A stretch of 63,646 nt of DNA, counting the filler, from Choristocarpus tenellus KU-1152 (lineage: Eukaryota; Protista; Phaeophyceae): NCBI GenBank assembly GCA_964200185.2. It is 15 parts of 15 records of this genome, joined end to end, with 100 filler letters (N's around TTAATTAATTAA, not from the genome) between each part and the next. Parts side by side here need not be neighbours in the genome. Positions count along the whole stretch, not along the records: positions 7,613 to 12,995 come from CAXNAD020010966.1; positions 13,096 to 17,309 come from CAXNAD020015650.1; positions 17,410 to 20,388 come from CAXNAD020023206.1; positions 20,489 to 23,226 come from CAXNAD020025175.1; positions 23,327 to 28,163 come from CAXNAD020012863.1; 10 more parts are not named here. One strand, written 5' to 3'. Made by a program: the position numbers and the translations under genes. This document shows, in pieces, positions 12,728-25,151 of this stretch. The stretch's first letter is position 1, and every line of letters starts with the position of its first letter. The notes under the pieces were generated by a model, which saw nothing but the letters and a program-made list of their open reading frames with translations, had not been told where the DNA came from and did no database searches.

Positions 12728-15700
12728 TATAACTCGATCAAGTTCATAGGCGAGGCCGTCTGACACGAGTTCCTTCTACCTTATCGCGCATCCGCCTGGG
12801 GCTGCAGTGGTAGCACGTGTGTAAAAAATGACAAGACTAAGAGTGTAGCGTACTCAGAAGAAGGTTCGTCAAGTTACAAGGCAGATATCAACACAAAGTC
12901 AGGCACTGATGGAGTGAGGGAAAATGGAAGTTGAAGGATCTGTGGTGGTTTTGAATAAGAAGTTCATGTTGAATTGGGTCAAAGTATCTTGGGGGNNNNN
13001 NNNNNNNNNNNNNNNNNNNNNNNNNNNNNNNNNNNNNNNTTAATTAATTAANNNNNNNNNNNNNNNNNNNNNNNNNNNNNNNNNNNNNNNNNNNNCGTTT
13101 TAAGGTCGTTGGATTTGAGTTGTACATCCTGGAAGGTGAGCATTGAGGGGCGCCTGTAACACTTCTCCTGTCCACATTCCTACTGCTCTCCAACAGCAAC
13201 TTTCCAAAACACGGATGCCTTCAATAAACCACTTATCCCCCCATGCATGCAACTGACCCCCCCTGCAAACAAGAGCCTCCGATTTCACAGAGATGCTTCG
13301 ATAGTGTCGCACCATGCCTTCATAGGGGCATCATTGTAGGATAGTATGTGGGTGGTGCGTTACTGTTCGTGACATCCAATGTAGCATGGGTGAAATTTGT
13401 GGCGTTGGGAGAAAAGCTCCGCAGAGTGAACCTGACAGAGTGTATATGTCACACAACGATACAACAGGACCTTGAAGCAGTTCAGCCGTGAGCATGAGAA
13501 TAATATTAAGATCAAGCGATAAGCCTGTACTTCCAGAAGCAGCCCCAGACCTTTCAAAGCTGCTGACTGATGACTGCAGCAATGACATCGGCATCATCGC
13601 TGATGGTGCTTCAGACGTAAACAAACTTGTCAGTGTGCTTGTAGCTCTGACTCACAGGCAGTACATGTGTCCTACGTAGTAGGTCAGGCTATGAAATCTA
13701 ATCATGAGCGACGACCAGAGAAGTCAGCAGTATAGTTCAAGACCCACATAAGAAGAAGTCCCCACCCTTTATACTCTGGTTCAATATTCTGTTATATCAT
13801 AATGTATGTAGCCTTTTCCCACCCCGTAAGGGACATAATCTGAGCTCAGCGTCTGTAGTCGTGTCCAAATCATCTTCCCTACGCGTTCTCTACGTTCCGC
13901 CCTTGTAGCTCAATGGCAGTCTACCTGCTTTCTGAAAGGATTCAAATCTGGTCGAGGTCAGATTTCCTATATAATGGAACTTTTTTATGAACCATGTGAG
14001 AAATATAATGGAAAGGTACACCTACATACACCCTCCTGCCTGGTGTTGCTAAGACACAAAAAATACATTGAAATCCTGAATTGTGGTGACAAGGCTTCAT
14101 CGTGGCAATGGGAGTACTGGACAAGATTTGAGGAAGGGGGCAGAATGACGAGGGGTGGGATGGCTGAACGAAGCTGTGAGAAAAAGTGCACAGCACTTAA
14201 GGAGCAGTGCAACCAGTCGCCATGCAACCGTTGGTTTGTAGATAATGAGTCAAGTAGTGGCTCCAGTCACGGATCAGGACTAGGTCACTAGACCCAGACT
14301 GAGGATAAGACGACTCATCTCGAAGGCTGCTTTCCTTTTCAATCTATTAAAAAATCCAATCAATCAACTCCTCCCAACTTCAAAACTATTTTCTTTTACA
14401 GGCAGCATCCGTTGAGTGACACCCCTTACTTGATACAGCATCAGCCAAGCGGCCAGGAAACTGAGCCTGGACTAGCAAGAAGAACTGCTAAAATAGCAAA
14501 AATAGTTCTGGTTTTGTTCAGGGCAAGTAAGTCAAAGTGAACGAGAGGTACCCAGATTTTGACCATTTTACATATTAAGTCTGTTTTCAATCTCTTGCGG
14601 TTCACCCATCATATTTCTATAGATCAACTTTTAAGTTCGCCTTGTGAGCGCTTATTTCTCGATTGTTTGAAAACATTTTGGCGACATAATTCAGAAAGTA
14701 TCCAGTACATATTTGTACCAAAAAGGCCGATTTTGCACTCATCTGTCAGCAACCTTCAAATGCAACTCTGGGTATCTCTCGTATACTTCGGCTCAGTGCC
14801 AAGCAGTTCAGTCACCCCCAAGGTCAAGCAGATATCTTGCATCATCACGTCTCATGGATATCAACTTGAACCCTGAAGCTGTTTAGGTGCTAAACGTGAG
14901 ACCAACAACCCTGACCAGCCACTCGTCGTGAGTAACTCATACCCTGACCCAACCACAACGCAACCCCAAACCCAACCCAAATAATGCCGACAATTTTTCT
15001 TTTGAATGATTCCCCCTGCGGGTGCTTCGGAAAATAGGGCAACGAGGACATAGAAACAAATACTACAAATAATACTCCCAAGTACTCCTTGGTCACTGTA
15101 TCAGTGTAGTTGATTGTATCACAAGAAGTAGCCAAGTTGCTGCCTCTAAATTGGTAGAGTGCTTGTCCTACACACAACCAAACCATTTGAGAGGTAGACA
15201 GGTTTGGATCCTTTTACATTCTAAGCCATCTTCTTACCTCGTGGAATACACTCTATTTCATTTCTTCATGTTCACAATAATAGTGTACGCAAAATCGATA
15301 TTTCCCCTTTCCAGACACAACGTGACACCACAATTCAGCAAAGGTTCCATCTGGAATCGTACAAAATGACATATTCTTGACCTTCATCGGGATCCAAAAA
15401 ATTCAACACGGGTTACCTCTCAGTTGGTTCGACTCGTAACTCCTATCATTACTGGAGGCTGCGCATTATGCACGAACGTATTCCATTTACCTTCCTCAAT
15501 GTGAGCTCTCCATACAACACACATATCCTTCCCGTGTGCTATGTTGTAACTTGACGCATGCTCACAAGGTGAATTGAGAACAAGCAACTGTATAAGTTAG
15601 CAAATGCAACTCCAGAGGAGTGGTACGTGGGTGATGATCCCATGAAGTAAAAGGCCATGCAACAAGTCGCACGCACCAGAAGAATGGAAAACCTGTATGT

Positions 15701-16600
15701 AATTGTATCATCAGTAGGTCTGGTATGGAGGCAGCAATCAATGAGTACAACTGGCCATGCAAGACAACATGGGTATCCATCCTAAAAAGGATGGTGAAAG
15801 AAACAACCAACCAATACACAACATATACAGTCCTGCATAGATAGGCATTAATAGTAGCAGCAAGAAGAGTAGACTACATTAAACGATCATTTCCACATCT
15901 ACATCTTTTTCGCAATTCCATTTTTATTTTTTATTGCCTCTTGACATGTTGTTCCATCTATGTAAAGTTTTGCTTCCTTCTCCAATATATTCGAACATCA
16001 AATAACATCATACGTCGTATTACGTATGCAACATACATCAAATTGTACAGCAATGATGTCTATGTCAATCAAAAAAACAATTGAATGATAAAAAAAAAGA
16101 AGTTAGCACCGTTTCCAAGAGGTTCACATATTCAACATAGTAACGGGTACTTTCGCCCCAACTAAAATCCCAAACCAGAAATTTCTAGTGTTGTATTGTT
16201 CGTGTTTCACTTCAACATATTATCCTGAATGGGTTTTAATTAGTTTTTCCCCTTTTTTAGAGGACATAATAATAAAACAATAATGGTCAGAATATATATA
16301 TTATTATTTTAACCTTTGACATTTCACAGATGTGTCGGGGAAACAAATGAACTATACATATGTCAGTATAAAAGCCCTAAAGAAATGAAATATTCTAAAT
16401 GTGAGAACACTGTAAAGTACTGTGTGGAAACCACTCATCTATCAGTACTTTACCACTAAAATATTGTACTACTGTCTTCCTGTGCTTCCCATCTACCTAC
16501 TCCTGTGCCCCGAGGGGGGGAGCTAGGGAGGCATCCCAAGAATCCGACAGACCCCTCCGCGTCTATCTCCCTGGTGACTCTAGTTTAAAGCGCAATATTA

Positions 16601-16832
16601 CGCCCTCTGACATTTTGCAGATGATGTGTCAGGATACATTGAATAATTTTTCAATATTTACCATTCACGATCCCCTGCGTGGTCATACCGTACCCACATT
16701 AAGTATTATTAGTGGGGTGGGGTAAATGTCAGAGAGTACAATAACATTTTTTTACTTCCTTAGGGTTGATACTGACACGTGAATAGTTTTCATTGGTTTT
16801 CACTGGACACATGTGCAAAATGTCAGAGAGCA
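16601..16832. mobile_element. ~232-bp MITE (family D) flanked by TA
   Basis: TA|CGCCCTCTGACATTTTGCA ... TGCAAAATGTCAGAGAGCA|TA; the same TIR recurs at ~41351-41381 and ~50797-50820. Confidence 0.75.
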
Positions 16833-16862
16833 TAACAATAATAAAATAATGTAAGATTTTTT

Positions 16863-17309
16863 TTGAAGGAGGAGGTGGTAGAGGCACACGACGATGGTAG
16901 CAGGGAGAGAGACTCGCCCCTACACAGCTACGAGGAGGAGGAGGCAGGAGAGGAGGTGATAAGAGATATTACGGGGCTTCGAAGGCCAGCCTCCCCCACC
17001 AGGGACCCCAACCCTCGTCCATCCCAACAACCACGTCAGCTTACACCGAAACACTGTGCGATCTGTTTCTCCGAGATTCAACAGCCAGTACTCCCTTTCC
17101 CCTGCACACACTCACTTGATCTGGGCTGTGCCTCGGCTCTATACCTCCACGCCAGACCCCTACATCCCATCCCGTGCCCCACCTGTCGTACCCCTGCCAG
17201 CCCCAAATACTACTACGCTGCCATGGAGGGGAGTGTGGGAAGCGAAGCAGTGCTGGAATCCATCGGCTCACAATCGTCCTCCACCCCCTTTGCCATCCCA
17301 CCATTCCGC
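16863..17309 (+). CDS. Partial ORF with a degenerate RING-type zinc finger
   Basis: CAIC-x11-CTH-x2-D-x2-C-x14-CPTC spacing (one ligand is D); the ORF runs into the linker; could be a host exon or retroelement-borne. Confidence 0.45.
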
Positions 17310-17424
17310 NNNNNNNNNNNNNNNNNNNNNNNNNNNNNNNNNNNNNNNNNNNNTTAATTAATTAANNNNNNNNNNNNNNNNNNNNNNNNNNNNNNNNNNN
17401 NNNNNNNNNTGACATCGTCTCTGT

Positions 17425-17609
17425 TTGGTGGGGGGGGGTGGGGTGGCGGCTGTCCACTTGGGACCAATTTTTTCATGTCGCAATTTTTGGGTGATTTGGT
17501 TCCATAAGTCGGATGGACAATGAAAGTGCACTTTTGCTGGTTTTGTCCCAAAAGGACACCCCGGTGTAGACCCCCCCCGTCCCCCCCCGTCCCCCAGATA
17601 CTTTGGGTC
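17425..17609 (-). mobile_element. MITE subfamily A, reverse copy abutting or nested in a subfamily C copy
   Basis: Reverse complement of the 8102-8284 interior; ends CCCCAGATACTTTGGGTC; left end degenerate. Confidence 0.8.
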
Positions 17610-17789
17610 ACAATTATATGAAAGGTGTGTCCGGAGCAAGGATATTATTATTGACACTTCTCCGAAAAATAAATAAATACGACAAGTCAAAATTCCATCA
17701 AAAATCGCAACATCGTATTTACGACGACCTCGAACGGACACACCCCTAACCCTAACCCTAACCCTAACCCTCTTAAATGCTTTTGGATC
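17610..17789 (-). mobile_element. Truncated MITE subfamily C with a (CCCTAA)4 expansion beside the TIR
   Basis: GAAAGGTGTGTCCGGA...TTGACACTT...AAATCGCAACAT matches the B/C interior; ends CCCTCTTAAATGCTTT (subfamily C TIR). Confidence 0.72.
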
Positions 17790-17824
17790 GGTGCTGTGAG
17801 ACGATTGAGCAGGAGCGTCCTCAC

Positions 17825-17989
17825 CTTGACTATGTGCAGGACCTTGTCTTTGACTTGAGGGCACACCACACAAAAGTTGTGAAACGCTGTGCTGTGAAGG
17901 GTCAGAAGCAGAGAGCGCTGATTGGTCCGAACATACTTCGTCCTGGGCATGTTCAGCATCAGCGCAGTCTCCCCAAAGAACCCGCCCTC
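17825..17989 (-). CDS. Exon encoding part of a cyclic-nucleotide-binding domain
   Basis: CAG|GAG...AAG|GTGAG, 165 nt: EGGFFGETALMLNMPRTKYVRTNQRSLLLTL = cNMP phosphate-binding cassette (FGE.AL...PRT..V). Confidence 0.85.
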
Positions 17990-20307
17990 CTGGAGGAAAG
18001 GAGAGTATGGAGGAGAGTGTGTGGTGTTATGCTCATACAAGCACTTGCTGTTAGTCTTTCGAAGTCGACTCCGAGGATATTAAGGTCCCAATCCCTCAGT
18101 TATTACCGCCTAGCTGGTAGTCCAATCATCCATCTGCAGCAGAAAACACTTCAACATCAAAACCAGGATTTGAAATCGTTGTTTCTCCTCTTACAGTGCC
18201 TCGAGAATCTAAACCCCCAAACTGTCAAGGCAGATGTATTCGTACCACTATGCATACGCAAAAAAATGGAAAATACTGACCCCAAAGGACATGGATTGGA
18301 TCAGTAAGGCCGTGTTGAGCTGTGTACACAAGGGACAGAAACCCTTGTTCAGTTCAGATAACCCCAGCCCTCTCCTTCACCACGTCTTGTACTGGACATC
18401 AAGCAACAAATGCATGGTGTCTGTATCCACCATGATCTGCCCATGACCCACATTTACATGTGCCACAACTTTGTGCAGGGCCCCAGCACAGGTGTAGTCA
18501 TCCTCATCAGACTCCATGTGAACAACATTTGTCCAATGCTTCAACACCCTCTGTTGCCTCTGCATCAACCTGGCAAACACTTTCATCTGCAGGGCCGAGG
18601 CCCCAAAGCAATTTGGTAGCAATCAATCTCAGGTGCTGTAGGGTCAGATGTGTTCTCGCAGATATTTCTAACAAAGCAGAAAAGTGGGAAACTGTGGAGA
18701 GTTGAATGGCCCCAGACCAACGGCATACTTCTACCATACAGCACTACGCATGGGAAGTACGATGCCTTCACATTAACAGTGGTGCATATACCTGCACCAC
18801 CCTCTGTGCCTGCCAATGATATGCTGATCAATTCCTTCATACAACATGTACACACTGCTTCAACGTCAGTATGAGCCTACCACCTCCAAATATATTCCCC
18901 CCACTCCCTGTTGCCTGCTCCAAGCAAGACTCGCGTTTGCAAGGCCAGGTGCCTTCTATGACTATATGCTGCGTCTCATTCGTTCAGTGGGGCCAGAGAA
19001 CCAGGTTTGATATTTGCTCTATAATTTGTGCATTCAGTGTTCAGCACAACGAACGTTTGGTTCCACTTTGATATGCAGAGCACAAGGTTTGTCTCTCTCC
19101 CTCTTCTCAGCCCCAGGTCTCACCCTGTAGGTTTCCACTGACGGGTCCGGCTGCTCTTGCTCACTTTTCACACTCTTGAGCTCACAACCTGCGCCAAACA
19201 CCTCTCCTTGACGCCGGCAAAATTTCCGTTCATCGACAGGAACTGTCCTGGGCAATTCTATCCACGGGTCATTGTTCCCTTTCTCGGGTGGCGAATGCTC
19301 TGTCACCAAAGGAAATGCACCCTGAGGGTGCCCCTAGTCATGTTTCGTGGAGGGGTGTGAGGTGTCAATCTACGACGGTGTTTGCTAGGGGAGACGAGTC
19401 GTAGAACTCAGGATTGGGACTGGGATCAGACTTAGGGTTAGGGTTTGGGTTTGGGTTAGGTCCACATCTAGTTGCGACCAGTGGAAGGGGTGGGGGTATG
19501 CAAAGAGTAGTTCTACAAGTTCCCTCTTTACTTCGGGGTGGATAATTTATATCAGGACATAGGCTCAGTCTTGGAGACAATACAATTCCCCCTGTACAAA
19601 TCAAGTGCCATTGTGAAAGGATCATCAGCACTTGCACAGATAAGTGTTGCTCAAGTATTCTTCCAATACGTTGATCAAACCATGTACCCAGAGTATTATT
19701 ACGATCTTCAAGCAGTATATTGGTTTGTTTCTGCCTTGTTCTACACAATGGTGATTGGGCTGGTACAGGAATACAGGCCTATCCCAGAACACTTGGGGTA
19801 CCTGAGCAAGACTATACTATTGCATCCTTTAGAGCACCTTCTACTACAAACATGATCTAGAACAAATCAGCGGCATAATTTACCCTAACCCTAACCATAA
19901 AGATAAGAGGTGAAGAAAATAAGTCCTGGTAAATCTCCCAACATACACATAAACACAACATTCCAGATGGCAATGTAGTAGGAAGGACTTTTTTGTAATA
20001 ATACAGGGCAAGCTTCTATCATGGTTTTTGCACTTCAAAATGTTATAAACAGGATCAAAATCTTCCCCTACCACCAGGCTGCCCACCTATAAGGAGTGGA
20101 CAACTGCTTCAGTAGCAACCTTTGTTAACCTCACCTCTGCCCTTGCTTCATCCACTGCTCCTGCCCCTGCCCCGACCACTTGTCGGGGCATTTTTTCTTT
20201 CAAATATTTTGCTGAATGCTGAGAATCCCTTCCCACCTGCTGTTGACCACCCACTATCTCCTCTACTTTTCCCTCTTCCTCTTTCTCTCCCTCTCCCTTC
20301 CCCTCCC

Positions 20308-20339
<32 letters not shown>

Positions 20340-20842
20340 TCCCCCTCCCCCCGCACGAGCCCCCCCCTGCACCCCCGTCCCCTCACAANNNNNNNNNNNN
20401 NNNNNNNNNNNNNNNNNNNNNNNNNNNNNNNNTTAATTAATTAANNNNNNNNNNNNNNNNNNNNNNNNNNNNNNNNNNNNNNNNNNNNCCCCCACACACA
20501 CAGAGATACTTTGACCCATAAGTTTGATGATGAGAAAAGTGGTGCCAATTGATCTTACAGGCCTCAGCTACTTCTGATGAAAACACCGTGATTGATATTG
20601 AACACACAAGGAACGTCTCGATCTTGACTCATCAACTCAAGACAATGTATGCATGTCCTCATGGGTCAGTAGGTACTAACTACCTACCAGCTTCTGTCGT
20701 CGGAATGTGTGAGTTCAAATCTGATCGAGGTCACTTTTTTTCTCGATGATTTATATTTGTGAACCACGCTACAGGAGCAACAGAACGGAACAACCGAGCC
20801 CTACTGTCTCTCTCTCACTCTACCACAACAAAGGAAATATAA

Positions 20843-21456
20843 ACCCTAAACTTAGGGTTAGGGCTTACCCTAACCCTAACCCTAACCCTAACACAAAAAA
20901 AATGTGGCGACATGGCTTCAAGATTCAATGCTTGATTGGCACCAGGTGAGAACCGCCCAAGAATTGAGGGAGGATGAGGAGAAGTCACAATTGGAGGCAT
21001 GGTTGGAATACATGTAATAAGGAAATAAGTGACAAGGAATGGAAGACAAACATGGGACAATGCAATTCGGCAGACAAAGCCGCAGAGCGCTGTCAGTGGT
21101 AACCCTAACCCTAACCCTAATACTAAGGTCTCTTTCTTACAGACGGGCACGGCTAAGTGTTCCTTCAACTTCCCCAGGTGGTCATGAAGGGCTTGGGTAT
21201 GCGGTTGTGGAAAAAAGGCAACCCTAACCCTAACCCTAACCCTAACCTGACACCTTGCAACGGTGGACAGTTAAATGTGCTTCCAAGTAGATTACTTGGT
21301 AATGGAGGTAAAATAGCTCAAATAGAGGATTCTGAAGATGTATCACATTTTTTTTTTATGGGAAACGGTAGCGGAGGTCTGTGCCATCACTCTGCATCAT
21401 TTACCAATATACCCATATCGATGCCTAACCCTAAACCTAACCCTAACCCTAACCCT
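20843..21456. repeat. Cluster of short interstitial (TTAGGG/CCCTAA)n arrays
   Basis: Arrays at ~20843-20892, 21100-21120, 21220-21247, 21424-21456; others at ~980-995, 17744-17770, 19432-19460, 19882-19896. Confidence 0.9.
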
Positions 21457-21524
21457 CTCACGTGTTCCAAGATACCCCACTCACCAAGGAAATACTGCAA
21501 AATCACCAAATAGCTTCATGATGA

Positions 21525-21995
21525 ATAATAATATAATAATAATACATACAATAGCATGAAAAAAAATTAAATACAAAAAAATACTTCCATTCTGTGCAAC
21601 AGCAACAAATAAAGAATAATAATAATAAATACAATAGCATGAAAAAAACATAAATTTAAATACAAAAAATACTTTCATTCTGTACAACAGCAACAAATCA
21701 ATAATAATAATAATAATAATAAATACAATAGCATGAAAAAACATAAATTTAAATACAAAAAAATACTTCCATTCTGTACAACAGCAACAAATCAATAATA
21801 ATAATAAATACAATAGCATGAAAAAACATAAATTTAAATACAAAAAATACTTCCATTCTGTACAACAGCAACAAATCAAGAATAATAATAATAATAATAA
21901 ATACAATAGCATGAAAAAAACATAAATTTAAATACAAAAAAATACTTCCATTCTGTACATCAACAACAAATCAAGAATAATAATAATAATAATAA
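21525..21995. repeat. AT-rich minisatellite, ~5 copies of an ~80-95-bp unit
   Basis: Unit (AAT)n-AAATACAATAGCATGAAAAAACATAAATTTAAATACAAAAAATACTTCCATTCTGTACAACAGCAACAAATC with a variable AAT number. Confidence 0.92.
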
Positions 21996-22169
21996 GAAGA
22001 AGATGAAGAAGAATCCCAGTGGTAATAGTACTGATCAAAAGACAGACCTGAAGAGTGACGAAAGAACACTCAGGGATTCCTTGAGCAACCCAGTCCTGTT
22101 TTGTTGGGAACCATCCGCGACAATTGGAACGTCCAAACTCCACAGTTGTATCCAGCCAGAAGAGGTGAG

Positions 22170-22490
22170 GTGACTTCACTGGAGCAGCATTATTCTGATA
22201 CATGTATGAATGGATAAGCAGATAGTGGGTAAGAGGGGGATAGGGTTAGGGATAGGGTTGTCCCTAAGATAGCTACTGAAGTAGATCCATAATATTTTAG
22301 GTCAAGAGTGCTAATACATATATATATATATATAAAGGAGCTGGCGTGACTTCATTGGAGCAGTATTATTCTGATACATGTATGAATGGATAAGCAGATA
22401 GTTGGTAAAAGGGGGATAGGGTTAGGGATAGGGTTGACCCTAAGATAGCTATTGAAGTAGATCCATAATATTTTAGGTCAAGAGTGCTAA
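22170..22490. repeat. ~144-bp direct duplication separated by a (TA)n-containing spacer
   Basis: GTGACTTCA.TGGAGCAG...GGTCAAGAGTGCTAA at 22170-22313 and 22346-22490. Confidence 0.9.
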
Positions 22491-22775
22491 AAAACTAAAA
22501 TTAAAATTAATTTCAAGGTGGATGTTGTAAATAACACTGAAGGAATAGAGAGGCGTTTGACTGTAGAGTTTGAAACTCTTGGTCAAATTAGAAGAAATAA
22601 AATACAAGGCGAAACCTGTGGGCAATACACATCAAAATGGTTTGTGCTCATGGGCTCACCACTACCAAACTCAGTTTTCATCCACAGCTACACAGAAATT
22701 GGAAGTTCCATGACTCCATTCACCTCTTCTTCCATATCCTCCTCCTGCTCTACATCACCCCCAATCTCTCACCCA

Positions 22776-22894
22776 AGAGGAAGGAAGCTCCTCCTCAGCC
22801 CTCGGGGGCTCTGACTTGAGAGGGAGGAAGCTCCTCCTCAGCCCTCGGGGGCTCTGACTTGAGAGGGAGGAACCTCCTCCTTAGCCCTAGGGGG
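22776..22894. repeat. 43-bp tandem repeat, ~2.7 copies
   Basis: AGGAAGCTCCTCCTCAGCCCTCGGGGGCTCTGACTTGAGAGGG repeated. Confidence 0.9.
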
Positions 22895-23137
22895 AGCACT
22901 GAGGTTGTGAACAGTCCCCACCAATACCGTATCCTTTGTTCATGACTAACAAATTCATCACACACTCAATGTGAAAGCCCTCAGACTTCCCCTTACATCT
23001 TGGGTCTCCATACTATACCAGTACCATACCAGTACCTACTCCTGCACCCGGTACAAACTATGCTTCTCATTGTAGTGCATGCTGACGTAGAGCTTGCCAT
23101 GCACCCAAAACAACTTGAGAACTCAATCAGCTGGAAG

Positions 23138-23169
<32 letters not shown>

Positions 23170-23833
23170 AGCCAAACAAAAAACCAAAACACAAAAAACC
23201 CCCCCCCAACAACAAACACCCCCCCCNNNNNNNNNNNNNNNNNNNNNNNNNNNNNNNNNNNNNNNNNNNNTTAATTAATTAANNNNNNNNNNNNNNNNNN
23301 NNNNNNNNNNNNNNNNNNNNNNNNNNCCCCCCCCTCCCCAGATACTTTGGGTCTTCTACCCCTACCAACGTGATGCACCACATAAACCCCTAGAGTAAGT
23401 TGTGGTGGATTTTTCTTGCAAAACAAGATAGGTTCTTAAAACAAATGTCAATACTTAGCTGAAACAGTGCACAGTGTGAGAGCAGCAGAATATTCCTCTA
23501 ATAACACTGGTTGATGTGACTTCTGATGCGTACTTGCCCAGGAACAACCCAAGTGAAAATCCTGTGGTTGAGGCTTAGTTCTCATATAGACTGGGAGGGG
23601 TGCAAAGATTGAGATGATGGGCTTTCGTAACTGTGAGGCATCACCAGTGCAAAGTCAACTGAGTTGATTTTGATGGGGTTCAACAACCTCATGAACTTGT
23701 CAAAGCGGCTGTTTACTGGGATGCCTATGATGAAGAACCCCTGTCATTCAAGCGGCTTACTCATCCCGTCATCGCCTGCCGGTCCCAATTCTTCAGCTCA
23801 GAAGTCTGTCTAGGGTCAGGACGCAAAAACCCC

Positions 23834-25151
23834 GTGGAAGAACAGGTGGTGGTGCAATGCCTGGTGGTGAGAGGGTGTGAGACTCGGATGTCTCAGCGGA
23901 TTATGGCGGCCATCACAGAGGACTTCATAATTTCCCAAATCGCCGTGTTCCATCATCTGAAGGAGTATGAATGCATAGACCTTCTACGACGTCACAAGGG
24001 GCAATGTGCCCACCTTACTAGTGTCCTTGACGTTTGGGATGTCTAATTGGTACACTGCACGTCCTTCTGCAAATGGGTGGCTAGGCTGAGGTCTCCCTTG
24101 CCTCATTGTGAGATCTGTGCAAGCACGAGAAGGTCAAGAAGGTCAAGTGGTGGATTAAGCCAGTCCTCTCAGACCAGAAGAAAGCTAACAGAGTGGGTTT
24201 CGTCATCAGCCACACGAACAGAGGGGAGGAAGTGGGGTAGTAGAGGATGATCCACATGACGGGGTACATGTGGATGAGAACTAGTATTGTATCATCAAAT
24301 ATGGGCAAGTTGTGTGTACCTTCACCTCACAGGCACAGAACAAGCGATACATTTCGAAGGTAATGTTCCTTGCACTTGTGGCTCCTACTAGGAAGCTCTC
24401 CAATGGGGTGTGGTTCAATGGGAAAATTGTGATCTGGCCAATCATTGACTCTAAGGTCGCTCAGTGCTCCAACTAACACCGCCCCAAGGGTACCAAGGTG
24501 CTTGTGCCAGCCACAGCGGACGGGGAGAGGTATAAAAAGCTCATGATCGAGGATGTCATCCCAGGAATCAAGGCCCACACGCCTACGCTGGAAGGACACA
24601 CCATCTTCATGCAGCAGGACGGCGCAAAGCCACACACCAAGGGGGGGATCATGGAGGCAACCAATGAGGAGGCAGGGGACAACATTGTCATAGAAACTCA
24701 GCCAGCCAACTCATCTGACCTCAACATCAATGATCTGGGATTCATTCTATGCAGCAACTGAAGGAAGATATGGGGGGTGACCAACACAGAGGAGCTGGTG
24801 GAGGGCACAATGGAGGCGCTCGATGTGTACCCTCGGGAGATACTATAGTACATCTGGCCTAGCTTCTTCGCAGTCTACAATAAAGAGTTGGTGTTCAAGG
24901 GTGACAGCATCTTCAAAATTCCTCCACTTAGTAAGGAAAAGGCTGAGGAGGAGGGCAAGCTCCCCTCGAATGCCCCAGTGGATGTGGCGAAACGCGGTCC
25001 TAGAATGGAGTTTTGGAGGGCTTCGGGGGATTTTGGTCGGCAACCATTTAGTGTCTGCACAATACACCCATAAAATATGAACACGTGCAAAAATCTTTCT
25101 TCTTCGTTGGGGCTGCAAAAGGTATGTTTCATTTCTTTCCGAACGGAGAAG
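23834..25151 (+). mobile_element. Decayed mariner-like (plant-type) transposase with right TIR
   Basis: Motifs VHVDE, KVMFLA, FNGKIVIWP, QQDGAKPH, QPANSSDLNINDLGF broken by stops and frameshifts; right end reverse-complements to TA|CTTCTCCGTTCGGAAAGAAATG, resembling Stowaway/plant-mariner termini; left TIR not found. Confidence 0.9.

Noticed and set aside
19600-19810. Possible non-LTR reverse-transcriptase relic (minus-strand SADD)
   Set aside because: Too degenerate; a single weak motif is not enough to call.
20815-21513. ORFs with RVRVRV / PNPNPN / LTLTLT repeats
   Set aside because: Translations of (TTAGGG)n arrays.
21525-21995. CRISPR-like array
   Set aside because: The variable parts are only AAT runs, not unique spacers; no cas genes; eukaryotic context.
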